From the NCBI GenBank assembly GCA_001791305.1, contig MGEI01000005.1, positions 44,488 to 108,487 on the forward strand: 64,000 nt of DNA, given 5' to 3'. Position numbers and translations under genes: made by a program. A model generated the notes under the pieces. The model was given only the letters and a program-made list of their open reading frames with translations, ran no database searches and was not told the DNA's origin. The DNA comes from Candidatus Uhrbacteria bacterium RIFCSPLOWO2_01_FULL_47_17. Lineage in GTDB: Bacteria; Patescibacteriota; Patescibacteriia; UBA9934; GWF2-40-263. Shown in pieces: positions 22,351 to 29,968 of this stretch; within the stretch, counting starts at the first letter, position 1; every line of letters begins with the position of its first letter.

Positions 22351-22373
22351 ATAACGAAAGTGTAACACATCCA

Positions 22374-22402
22374 TTGCAAAAAAAAGAGGATCTGACTATA
22401 CT
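22374..22402 (+). promoter_or_regulatory. Putative promoter for tRNA-Val
   Basis: TTGCAA, 17-nt spacer, TATACT, ending 16 nt before the tRNA 5' end. Confidence 0.45.
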
Positions 22403-22418
22403 GACGCACACATGATCT

Positions 22419-22495
22419 GGATGCTTAGCTCAGCTGGTTAGAGCATCTCGTTTACACCGAGAGGGTCGAGGGTTCGAATCCCCCAGCATCCACCA
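22419..22495 (+). tRNA. tRNA-Val (anticodon TAC), CCA encoded
   Basis: Manual cloverleaf: acceptor GGATGCT/AGCATCC, D-arm GCTCAGCTGGTTAGAGC, anticodon loop TTTACAC, T-loop TTCGAAT. Confidence 0.9.
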
Positions 22496-22496
22496 A

Positions 22497-22535
22497 CAAA
22501 AATACTGCAGTTCGACTGCAGTATTTTTGTTGGTG
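22497..22535 (+). terminator. Intrinsic terminator after tRNA-Val
   Basis: aaaaatactgcagt-tcga-ctgcagtatttttg, a 13-bp stem followed by a T-tract. Confidence 0.75.
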
Positions 22536-22865
22536 ACAAAAGAAAAACCGCCCGAGAGTCTCGAAGGCGGCAGAGTCGTAGGTGAGCGGAAGTCATTGGG
22601 TGAGAGCGAAGGGTTCGCATGAGTTGATCGTGACGAATCACGGTCATCTGTTCATCCACTCCCTAACGATGAGTGAACAGCAATCTCATATGATGCCCGA
22701 TTCGCTTGGTTGGCGGGTCATGCAGACGCACGTGTCGCGAGCATGATGTTGCTTTGTGAGGAAATGTGTGAGGAATTGATGGAACTCATAGGGATGCTGT
22801 CCGCTCGTCATTGATTAGAACATAAAACCAACCCCTTGTCCAGAGGGAGGCACAATCAGGCGGTC

Positions 22866-23798
22866 TTACTCAACTCGGCAGAGTGTTTTTAGGGCTTGTA
22901 CATCATCCGCTGTCAAAACCGCATTCACACCGTTGTTTAAGCGATACATAATCGCTTTTGGATTTTCAAGATGGTCAAGCCGAAGCGCGTGACCCATTTC
23001 ATGCATAAGCACACGGATAAGTTTCGCTTGGTCATCAAACTGATAGATATTGATGCGCGTACCCTCAATGGAACGCACATACTCCCCTTCCTCAAACTCC
23101 CCACCACGCGAAGCTCCGATGGTGTTATATTGATCCGCAACCAAATTCAAGGAACGCGCAAGGCGATTGATCACTTCTACAAGCGCATTTAATTCGTCGA
23201 CGCGCGCATTAATTTTTCCTTGCAACGCATTCAGTTCATCTCGCATTTGATCCAACGCAGCCTTTTCTCTTGCGAGTCGATCGACGGTTTCTTGTGAAGC
23301 TCCACCGCGATTGTTCCAGTAAGTCACCTCTTTGTTGTAAGTCGAGAGCTTTGCATCATAGGCATCTGATTGTGTTTGATAACTCGCTTTGAGCGCATTG
23401 ATCGTCTTTTTAAGCGCTTCATATTTTACCTTCAGCGCATCATACGAGGCTTGATCATCACGGATCGAAAATCCCAACTTCTGCAATTTCTGCGTTGCTG
23501 CTTGCCGGTCATCATAAATCAAATTGATCTTGAGTGCGCCGTCAGGATCATAAACAAACAACTCTTTGTCGATTGGCTTCTCCCAAACAGATTCCGCTTT
23601 TTGAAGATCTTTCAGAAATGTTTCTTTCGAAATCCCAAATCGCGTATCAAACTCGCCGATCGAATACGCGATCGGTTGTGCACATGGGTTCAAACGCGCG
23701 GACAGAAGCGACCAGGTGCGCAAAAGCGGATCGCGAAAATAAAAGGCGATGCCGGCAAGAAAAAGAAGAAAAAAAATGTTCGCAATGAATCTGCGCAT
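22866..23798 (-). CDS. Membrane-anchored metzincin-type zinc metalloprotease
   Basis: HEMGHALRLDH (HExxHxxxxxH) plus a Met-turn (AIMY). N-terminal TM helix and a central coiled-coil/Q-rich region. The first ATG is at 23798. Confidence 0.65.
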   Translation of the reverse strand: MRRFIANIFFLLFLAGIAFYFRDPLLRTWSLLSARLNPCAQPIAYSIGEFDTRFGISKETFLKDLQKAESVWEKPIDKELFVYDPDGALKINLIYDDRQAATQKLQKLGFSIRDDQASYDALKVKYEALKKTINALKASYQTQSDAYDAKLSTYNKEVTYWNNRGGASQETVDRLAREKAALDQMRDELNALQGKINARVDELNALVEVINRLARSLNLVADQYNTIGASRGGEFEEGEYVRSIEGTRINIYQFDDQAKLIRVLMHEMGHALRLDHLENPKAIMYRLNNGVNAVLTADDVQALKTLCRVE

Positions 23799-23863
23799 AC
23801 ACAGATCATAACATTTGAGAGACAAATAAAAAAACCTCACGGAAAAAACCAGTGAGGTAAGAC

Positions 23864-24148
23864 TTATCGATGAATTGTCCGAAAGACAACGAAGTACCCT
23901 GTACTTCGTCCACGACCAGCCGTATCATCGGGAGCCATTGCTGCGAGTTCGAGATCTGAGTGCTGCGCAAGGAATTGCGAAAGTGCGTTGGCAAAATGTG
24001 CTTCGGTGCAACTGAAGTATTGGACACCATTCTGGTAATCCAGAATTGCACATCCCGTTGCCTTCCCAACATTTTCGGGATCACTCGCCTCATTGCACGC
24101 CATGAGAACAAGCGGGATTGCAACCAAGAACCATCGAAAAAACTTCAT
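23864..24148 (-). CDS. Small putative lipoprotein
   Basis: Signal peptide with a lipobox-like LMAC. A strong SD (GGAGGTGG) precedes the ATG at 24148. Confidence 0.5.
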   Translation of the reverse strand: MKFFRWFLVAIPLVLMACNEASDPENVGKATGCAILDYQNGVQYFSCTEAHFANALSQFLAQHSDLELAAMAPDDTAGRGRSTGYFVVFRTIHR

Positions 24149-24248
24149 CTCCACCTCCTGCCACGTTGGCCAAGAAACCTATCAAGATCTGGGCAGATTG
24201 TCAATGGATCACGCAAAACAAAAACTCCGACGTGAGTCAGAGTTTTTG

Positions 24249-24334
24249 TGGTGCGGACGAGAGGACTTGAACCTCCAATCCCTTGCGAGAACCAGCACCT
24301 CAAGCTGGCGCGTATACCATTCCGCCACGTCCGC
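24249..24334 (-). tRNA. tRNA-Leu (anticodon GAG), long variable arm, CCA encoded
   Basis: Reverse complement folds as acceptor GCGGACG, anticodon loop TTGAGGT, long variable arm, T-loop TTCAAGT. Confidence 0.85.
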
Positions 24335-24382
24335 GCGTGGTCTTCCTACGCGTCGAGATAATAATCGATCTAGAAAAAAAGA

Positions 24383-25117
24383 TCAAGTCTCAAACGTGCG
24401 TTCCTTTCCTGTGATAATCTTCATTCCCATCGATTCGACAGAAATATCAAATCGGGTGCCTTCCATGAGTTCGCCGTCCGCAAAAACTTGGATCGGTTTT
24501 TCGGCGCGGATCGTCATGGATTGTAGGGGCAAAATACTTTCTTCTTTTGTGGATCTGCGAAGAAGTCCGCGCTTCACATCGGCGCGAATCACAGCTTGCA
24601 ACATGCCGTCACACGGATTCGACTCGCCGGACAAATTTCTCACTTCGAGTTCTGCTGTGGATGTTGGAAATACGCGAAACTTTTCTTCGAACGTAATTTC
24701 CGCTCGGAACTCTGGAACAGAAACTTCGCTGATGAATTTTCGACCATTCACACTTCCGATATCGATCGTCTCAACGCGACGTGCCGAGAGAACATCGCAC
24801 GCAGCAACACCCTCAGGAATTCCAAGAAGTTGGGCGAGTTTATTTTTCGGTCCAATCGGGATCATCCCAAATACAACCCCACTTTCAACCACTACATTCA
24901 AGACTTTTCGAATCGTGTCATCATTTCCAAGCACGACGACTGTTGTCACTCCCTTATCGATTTCGTCACGAATCATTTCTTCCGCATTGCGAAACAAAGC
25001 AAGACGAGAAATCTTGCCGGCAATCCCAAGGTCGGTCAAACGATTTTCAATAAGCGCTAATTCTTTTTCGAATCGTTTGTTGCCCTGTATAAAATCATCG
25101 TACAGGTAGCAATACAC
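24383..25117 (-). CDS. Diacylglycerol/lipid kinase catalytic-domain protein (YegS/BmrU family), motifs partly degenerate
   Basis: VVVLGNDDT in place of GGDGT, then IPIGPKNKLAQLLGIP and IDIGSVNGRKF, matching the DAGK_cat pattern. Confidence 0.55.
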   Translation of the reverse strand: MYCYLYDDFIQGNKRFEKELALIENRLTDLGIAGKISRLALFRNAEEMIRDEIDKGVTTVVVLGNDDTIRKVLNVVVESGVVFGMIPIGPKNKLAQLLGIPEGVAACDVLSARRVETIDIGSVNGRKFISEVSVPEFRAEITFEEKFRVFPTSTAELEVRNLSGESNPCDGMLQAVIRADVKRGLLRRSTKEESILPLQSMTIRAEKPIQVFADGELMEGTRFDISVESMGMKIITGKERTFET

Positions 25118-25122
25118 AAAAA

Positions 25123-25485
25123 TTACTCTTTGCCGTTCATGGAAATACGTCCATTCACAACCGCGCCTTCCGCGATCGACAAACGACTTGTCACAATATC
25201 TCCGGTCACGTTCGAGCTTGCGTGTAGTTGAAGACCGTCTTCGACATGAATGTTTCCAACGATCACCCCTGCGATCACTGCATTCTTTGCAGAAACTTCC
25301 GCATGAATCACCGCAGACTCCCCAATATGAAGAGACGCAACAGTCGCAAGCGAACCATTCAGTTCCCCATCAATCGCAATATCACCGTTTGATTTAAAAT
25401 CTCCTTCCACCTTTACCCCCTGAGCGATGATTGTTTCGCTTCCTGCTTGTGCATGTGCCATATGATGTTCTGATTTTTTAAACAT
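25123..25485 (-). CDS. Bactofilin-family cytoskeletal protein
   Basis: 120 aa of repetitive beta-helical G-x-I/V motifs (GDIAIDGELNGSL...VIAGVIVGNIHVEDGL). Confidence 0.75.
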   Translation of the reverse strand: MFKKSEHHMAHAQAGSETIIAQGVKVEGDFKSNGDIAIDGELNGSLATVASLHIGESAVIHAEVSAKNAVIAGVIVGNIHVEDGLQLHASSNVTGDIVTSRLSIAEGAVVNGRISMNGKE

Positions 25486-25491
25486 ATTCGT

Positions 25492-27198
25492 TTACATCTC
25501 CTCCACAGGTTCAATACCCATGAGTCTTAATCCATTTTTTAACACGCGGGCAACGGATTCCGCAAGGGCAAGACGCGCATGCATGACGTGAGGATCTGCT
25601 TTGAGAATGGGTGCATCCGCATAAAAAGACGCGAATGTTTGGGAAAGATCGAAGAGATACTGGGCGATGCGACTAAGTTCGAGGGTTTGTACACAATCGA
25701 AGACGACATCTGGATACTCTGCAATCAAGACCAAAAGATCATGTTCAAGCGAGGTCTTCAAGTGTTCATGAACGCGACCTGCTTCACGCTTTGGAGCTTT
25801 CTTCAGCAAACTTTCAATGCGAGCAAGGGTGTAGAGAATGTATGGCCCTGTGTAGCCCTCGAAAACCAATGATTCTTCAAGGTCAAACACAATCGGCTTT
25901 TCCATATCTTGTTTCAACATGGAAAATCGCATGGCGGCGTTTGTGATTGCCCGCGCGGTTTCATCCACCTGTTTTGGTTTCCAATCTTCATGTCGTTTCT
26001 TTGTTTCAATGGTCGCGCGCTCGATCATTTGATCGCGGAACTCTTCGAACCGGATGTCGTTTCCTTTTCGGGAAGACATGGCGCCGTCTTTCAGTGTAAC
26101 GAAATCGTAAGACAAGTGCGTGAGTTCTTTTTCAAAGCCCATGAGCTTCAATGTTGCAAACAACTGTTGCATAGCGTGTGACTGACGTGCGTCGACCACG
26201 TAAATCGATCGAAGGGCGTGATAGTCTTCTTCTTTTTTGAGGGCGAGTCCAATATCCTTCGCATTATAAAGAAGTGTTCCATCAGATTTCACGAATAAGT
26301 TCACACCAAGGTTCTGATCGCGAAGGTCAACAATCCATGCGCCTTCTGATTGCGTCACAATTCCCTTCTTGATGAGTTTCTCGATTTCTTTTTTTGTTTT
26401 CTTGATGAGTTCACTTTCGAAATACCATTCTTCGATCCCAATGTTGAGTTCTTTGTAAACTTTTTTCAAATAATCAATGGACCATGTGCGTGTCTTTTTC
26501 CAAACCGCAACCTCCTCCCCTTTTTGATCTTCAAGATGCCTGAATACTTCCGCAATCTGTTCCTTCGCATTCGGATGATTCTCAACATGTCGCGTTGCTT
26601 CAGTGTAGACGTCGCGCAAAAAGGTGATGCGCTTTTCTTTTGGAACTTCCTCATCCGCGTGAAGCGTCATGATCGCCCAGACCGACTTTGCGACATGCGC
26701 TCCAAGATCATTGATGTATGCCGTTGGAATCACGTCATATCCATTTGCGCGAAAGATATTCACCGTCATTTGTCCGACGAACAAGTTTCGCAAATGTCCG
26801 ATATGCACATCTTTATGTGTATTCAGGTTTGCGTATTCGATCATGACGCGCTTTCCGTTTCCTGTATCGGATGTTCCGTACGTATCGCCGAGCGTCACAA
26901 CTTCTTTCAACACATCTTTTCCAAGCGCCTCATTTCCAAACGTAAAATTGACGTACGGCCCCGCAGCACGGATTGCCGTCACATATCCACGCGGACCGGT
27001 CTTTGCGGCAATTTCTTGCGCAAGCTCAGCGGGGTTTTTTTTCAATTTCTTTGCAAGCGAAAAACACGCAAACGCAACATCTCCCATTTTTGCATCCGGT
27101 GGCGCAGAAAGATCGGAAAGATGCGGAACAAACCCGCCCCCAATAGCGCGTTTCAAATCCTGCAAAATTTGTTGCTTGGCTTTCTGCAATGTGTGCAT
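25492..27198 (-). CDS. argS: Arginine--tRNA ligase
   Basis: Class I HIGH motif (HIGHLRN) and ArgRS-type anticodon-binding C-terminus. The start is at ATG 27198; the track's longer start would overlap valS. Confidence 0.9.
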   Translation of the reverse strand: MHTLQKAKQQILQDLKRAIGGGFVPHLSDLSAPPDAKMGDVAFACFSLAKKLKKNPAELAQEIAAKTGPRGYVTAIRAAGPYVNFTFGNEALGKDVLKEVVTLGDTYGTSDTGNGKRVMIEYANLNTHKDVHIGHLRNLFVGQMTVNIFRANGYDVIPTAYINDLGAHVAKSVWAIMTLHADEEVPKEKRITFLRDVYTEATRHVENHPNAKEQIAEVFRHLEDQKGEEVAVWKKTRTWSIDYLKKVYKELNIGIEEWYFESELIKKTKKEIEKLIKKGIVTQSEGAWIVDLRDQNLGVNLFVKSDGTLLYNAKDIGLALKKEEDYHALRSIYVVDARQSHAMQQLFATLKLMGFEKELTHLSYDFVTLKDGAMSSRKGNDIRFEEFRDQMIERATIETKKRHEDWKPKQVDETARAITNAAMRFSMLKQDMEKPIVFDLEESLVFEGYTGPYILYTLARIESLLKKAPKREAGRVHEHLKTSLEHDLLVLIAEYPDVVFDCVQTLELSRIAQYLFDLSQTFASFYADAPILKADPHVMHARLALAESVARVLKNGLRLMGIEPVEEM

Positions 27199-27199
27199 A

Positions 27200-29854
27200 C
27201 TAAGTAGAAAGTTTTTTGAGTTTCTCTTGTGCTTCGCGTTGTTTCTCTTCCATTTGCGCAATAATTTTTTCTGGAGCCTTCGAGCGAAATTCCTCGTTTG
27301 AAAGTTTTTGTGCGACGGATTCGAGATAGCTCGTGAGCTCAGCAATTTCTTTCTCAACACGCACCTTTTCTTTTTCCGCATCCACAACTGTTTCCATTTT
27401 TACAAACACGGTTACATCTTTCAGGACAACCGACATATCGGATGCAGCCGCCTCGTATTTCTCGACAAGAACAAAGTCCGCATTCACACGAGCAAGCGCG
27501 GCAATCACCTCACGATTCAATTCGATAAATTCACGAGATGCTTCGTTTACGACAAATACAACATCCATGAGTTTCTTTGGCTCGATCTTGTATTGAGAAC
27601 GAACATTACGAATGGCGATGATGAGTTCTTGCAACGCAACGAGCTGCTTTTCGGACGCTTCGTCGAAGAATCCATTTACCTTTGGCCATTTTTCAACCAT
27701 GACAAACGAACCGGTACCAAATTCTTTCCAGATCGCCTCTGAAACAAACGGCATGAATGGGTGACACAAAATCAAACTTTGTTTCAACACATACAACAAA
27801 ATTTCATTCGTCGAGGTTTTCAGCGCTTCATCTTTCTGTTGAATCTTTGCGATTTCAAGATACCAGTCGGCAAAGTCATTCCAAATAAATTCTCGAAGTG
27901 TCTCGATCGCAAGCGAGAAGTCGAATTGTTCGATGAGCTTCCCTGTTTGGTTTGTGACAGTTTCGAGACGGCCGAGGATCCAGTGATCTGCAACGGTTGT
28001 TGGCGCAACCGAGTTCGAGGAAGTTGTATCACCAACGGACATCAAAATAAAACGCGAGATGTTCCACATTTTGTTTACAAAATTGCGTGAGCTCTCGATC
28101 TTCTCGACAGAAAAACGCGAATCATTTCCAGGCGTGTTGCCTGAGAGAACACAAAGTCGGAGCGCGTCGCAACCATACTTCTCAATAATATCGAGCGGAT
28201 CAATTCCGTTTGCATCTGACTTCGAAAACTTTTTTCCAGATTCGTTGCGGAGCATCCCGTGAATATATGCATCCTTAAACGGAATCTCGCCGAGCGCGTA
28301 TGTACTCATGAGCACCATGCGCATGAGCCATAGATAGAGGATCTCATATCCCATTTGCATCCAGCTTGTTGGATGAAAGGCTTGAAGATCGACGGTCTTT
28401 TCTGGCCAGCCAAGCGTCGAAAACGTCCATGAACCTGAGGAAAACCAGGTATCGAGCGTGTCTGGATCCTGTTCCCATCCGTCGCCTTCTGGCGATCCGT
28501 TTCCAACGAATGTCTCTTCGCCACGATACCAAACCGGAATGCGATGTCCCCACCAGGTTTGGCGAGACAAACACCAGTCGCGCAGGTTTGCAACGCGAGC
28601 CAAATAAAGTTTGGTGAATCGTTCTGGAGTGATTGTGACCTTCTTCGAAGCATCACCATCGAGACCTGTCGTGAGTGCTTCGGCCATGAGGTCGTGCAAA
28701 CTCTTTCCCTTCGATGGAATCACTTTTTGCACATCAAGCCACCACTGCGTCATGGGCAGTACTTCAATCACATCTTTATAGCGACTGTGAGTTCCAACAT
28801 TCTGGACGATCTCTTCCGGCTCCTTCTCGAGCAGACCCTGCGTCGAGAGCCAACCGACGAACTTCGCGCGTGCTTCCTCGACCGTAAGCCCTGCATATGA
28901 TCCTGCTTCTTTCGTCATCTTTCCGTCGATACCCACAACCTGAATCATGCCGATCGGATTACCGCTCACTTTTTGTTTTTCATACATTAAAAAATCCACT
29001 TGGCTGTGTGCGGGTGTAACACCAAGTGCGCCTGTTCCAAATGTTGGGTCTACTCCTTCATCTGCAATCACTTTAATCTCGAGTGGTTTTTCTGCGCCAA
29101 CATCTACCACGAACGTTTGGCCGATGTATTTCTGATAACGCTCGTCGCCTGGATGAACCGCGACCGCCGTGTCACCAAGCTTTGTTTCTGGTCGAGTCGT
29201 CGCAATCGTGATTGGAAAATCTTTGCTGTACTTGAAGGTATACAAAACACTCGCGCGTTCGATGTATTCAATCTCATCATCTGAGCACGTCGACTGTCCT
29301 TTTGTGGACCAGTTCACCACGCGATATCCGCGATAGATGAGTCCGTCGTTATACAGGCGTCGAAAAAGTTCGTTCACGGCAATGTTACGTGAATCGTCGA
29401 ATGTATACGCAAGGCGAGACCAGTCACAACTCGTTCCCATTTTTTTGATTTGTCCGAGAATCGTAGATCGAGAAGCCTCGGCAAACTCACGAATCTTTTC
29501 AACGAGTTTGTCGCGTCCTAATTCTTGGCGCGGATTTTTCATTCCACCTTCCATGAGCATCTTTTCGACTTTGGCTTGTGTTGGAAGCGCGGCGTGGTCC
29601 GTTCCCGGAACAAGCAAAACTTTTTTTCCATTTAAGCGCTGATAGCGCGCCATCGCATCCATAAGGGCGTTCTCGAGCGCATGTCCCAAATGCAAAACAC
29701 CCGTCACGTTTGGTGGCGGCATCATGATGGAGTATGGCTCTCCGGCGAGATTATCGGGGTTAAAAAATCCGCTTTTCTCCCAGGCGGCGTAAATTTCATC
29801 TTCGTACAATTTCGATTCGTACGCTTTCGGCATTTCATTATTCGGCATAATCAC
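27200..29854 (-). CDS. valS: Valine--tRNA ligase
   Basis: 884 aa with HIGH-type motif (PPPNVTGVLHLGHA), KMSKS-type motif (KFSKS), editing domain and C-terminal coiled coil. Confidence 0.95.
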   Translation of the reverse strand: MIMPNNEMPKAYESKLYEDEIYAAWEKSGFFNPDNLAGEPYSIMMPPPNVTGVLHLGHALENALMDAMARYQRLNGKKVLLVPGTDHAALPTQAKVEKMLMEGGMKNPRQELGRDKLVEKIREFAEASRSTILGQIKKMGTSCDWSRLAYTFDDSRNIAVNELFRRLYNDGLIYRGYRVVNWSTKGQSTCSDDEIEYIERASVLYTFKYSKDFPITIATTRPETKLGDTAVAVHPGDERYQKYIGQTFVVDVGAEKPLEIKVIADEGVDPTFGTGALGVTPAHSQVDFLMYEKQKVSGNPIGMIQVVGIDGKMTKEAGSYAGLTVEEARAKFVGWLSTQGLLEKEPEEIVQNVGTHSRYKDVIEVLPMTQWWLDVQKVIPSKGKSLHDLMAEALTTGLDGDASKKVTITPERFTKLYLARVANLRDWCLSRQTWWGHRIPVWYRGEETFVGNGSPEGDGWEQDPDTLDTWFSSGSWTFSTLGWPEKTVDLQAFHPTSWMQMGYEILYLWLMRMVLMSTYALGEIPFKDAYIHGMLRNESGKKFSKSDANGIDPLDIIEKYGCDALRLCVLSGNTPGNDSRFSVEKIESSRNFVNKMWNISRFILMSVGDTTSSNSVAPTTVADHWILGRLETVTNQTGKLIEQFDFSLAIETLREFIWNDFADWYLEIAKIQQKDEALKTSTNEILLYVLKQSLILCHPFMPFVSEAIWKEFGTGSFVMVEKWPKVNGFFDEASEKQLVALQELIIAIRNVRSQYKIEPKKLMDVVFVVNEASREFIELNREVIAALARVNADFVLVEKYEAAASDMSVVLKDVTVFVKMETVVDAEKEKVRVEKEIAELTSYLESVAQKLSNEEFRSKAPEKIIAQMEEKQREAQEKLKKLST

Positions 29855-29968
29855 GTTATAGGCGGGGCGCTCTCACCTCGCAACAAACGAAGTGTACGAA
29901 AAAATGCCTCAATTTGCAACCCGTGCGGGGTCTGGGGACCCCACCTATAACATTGACAAAATCGATTT

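Noticed and set aside
22438-22659. 73-aa minus-strand ORF
   Set aside because: Overlaps tRNA-Val(TAC) and its terminator.
22536-22865. tmRNA, SRP RNA or RNase P assignment for the ORF-free region after tRNA-Val
   Set aside because: None of the diagnostic motifs (GGAAAGUCC, tRNA-like GGUUCGA..CCACCA end, GGAAGCAGC) are present on either strand.
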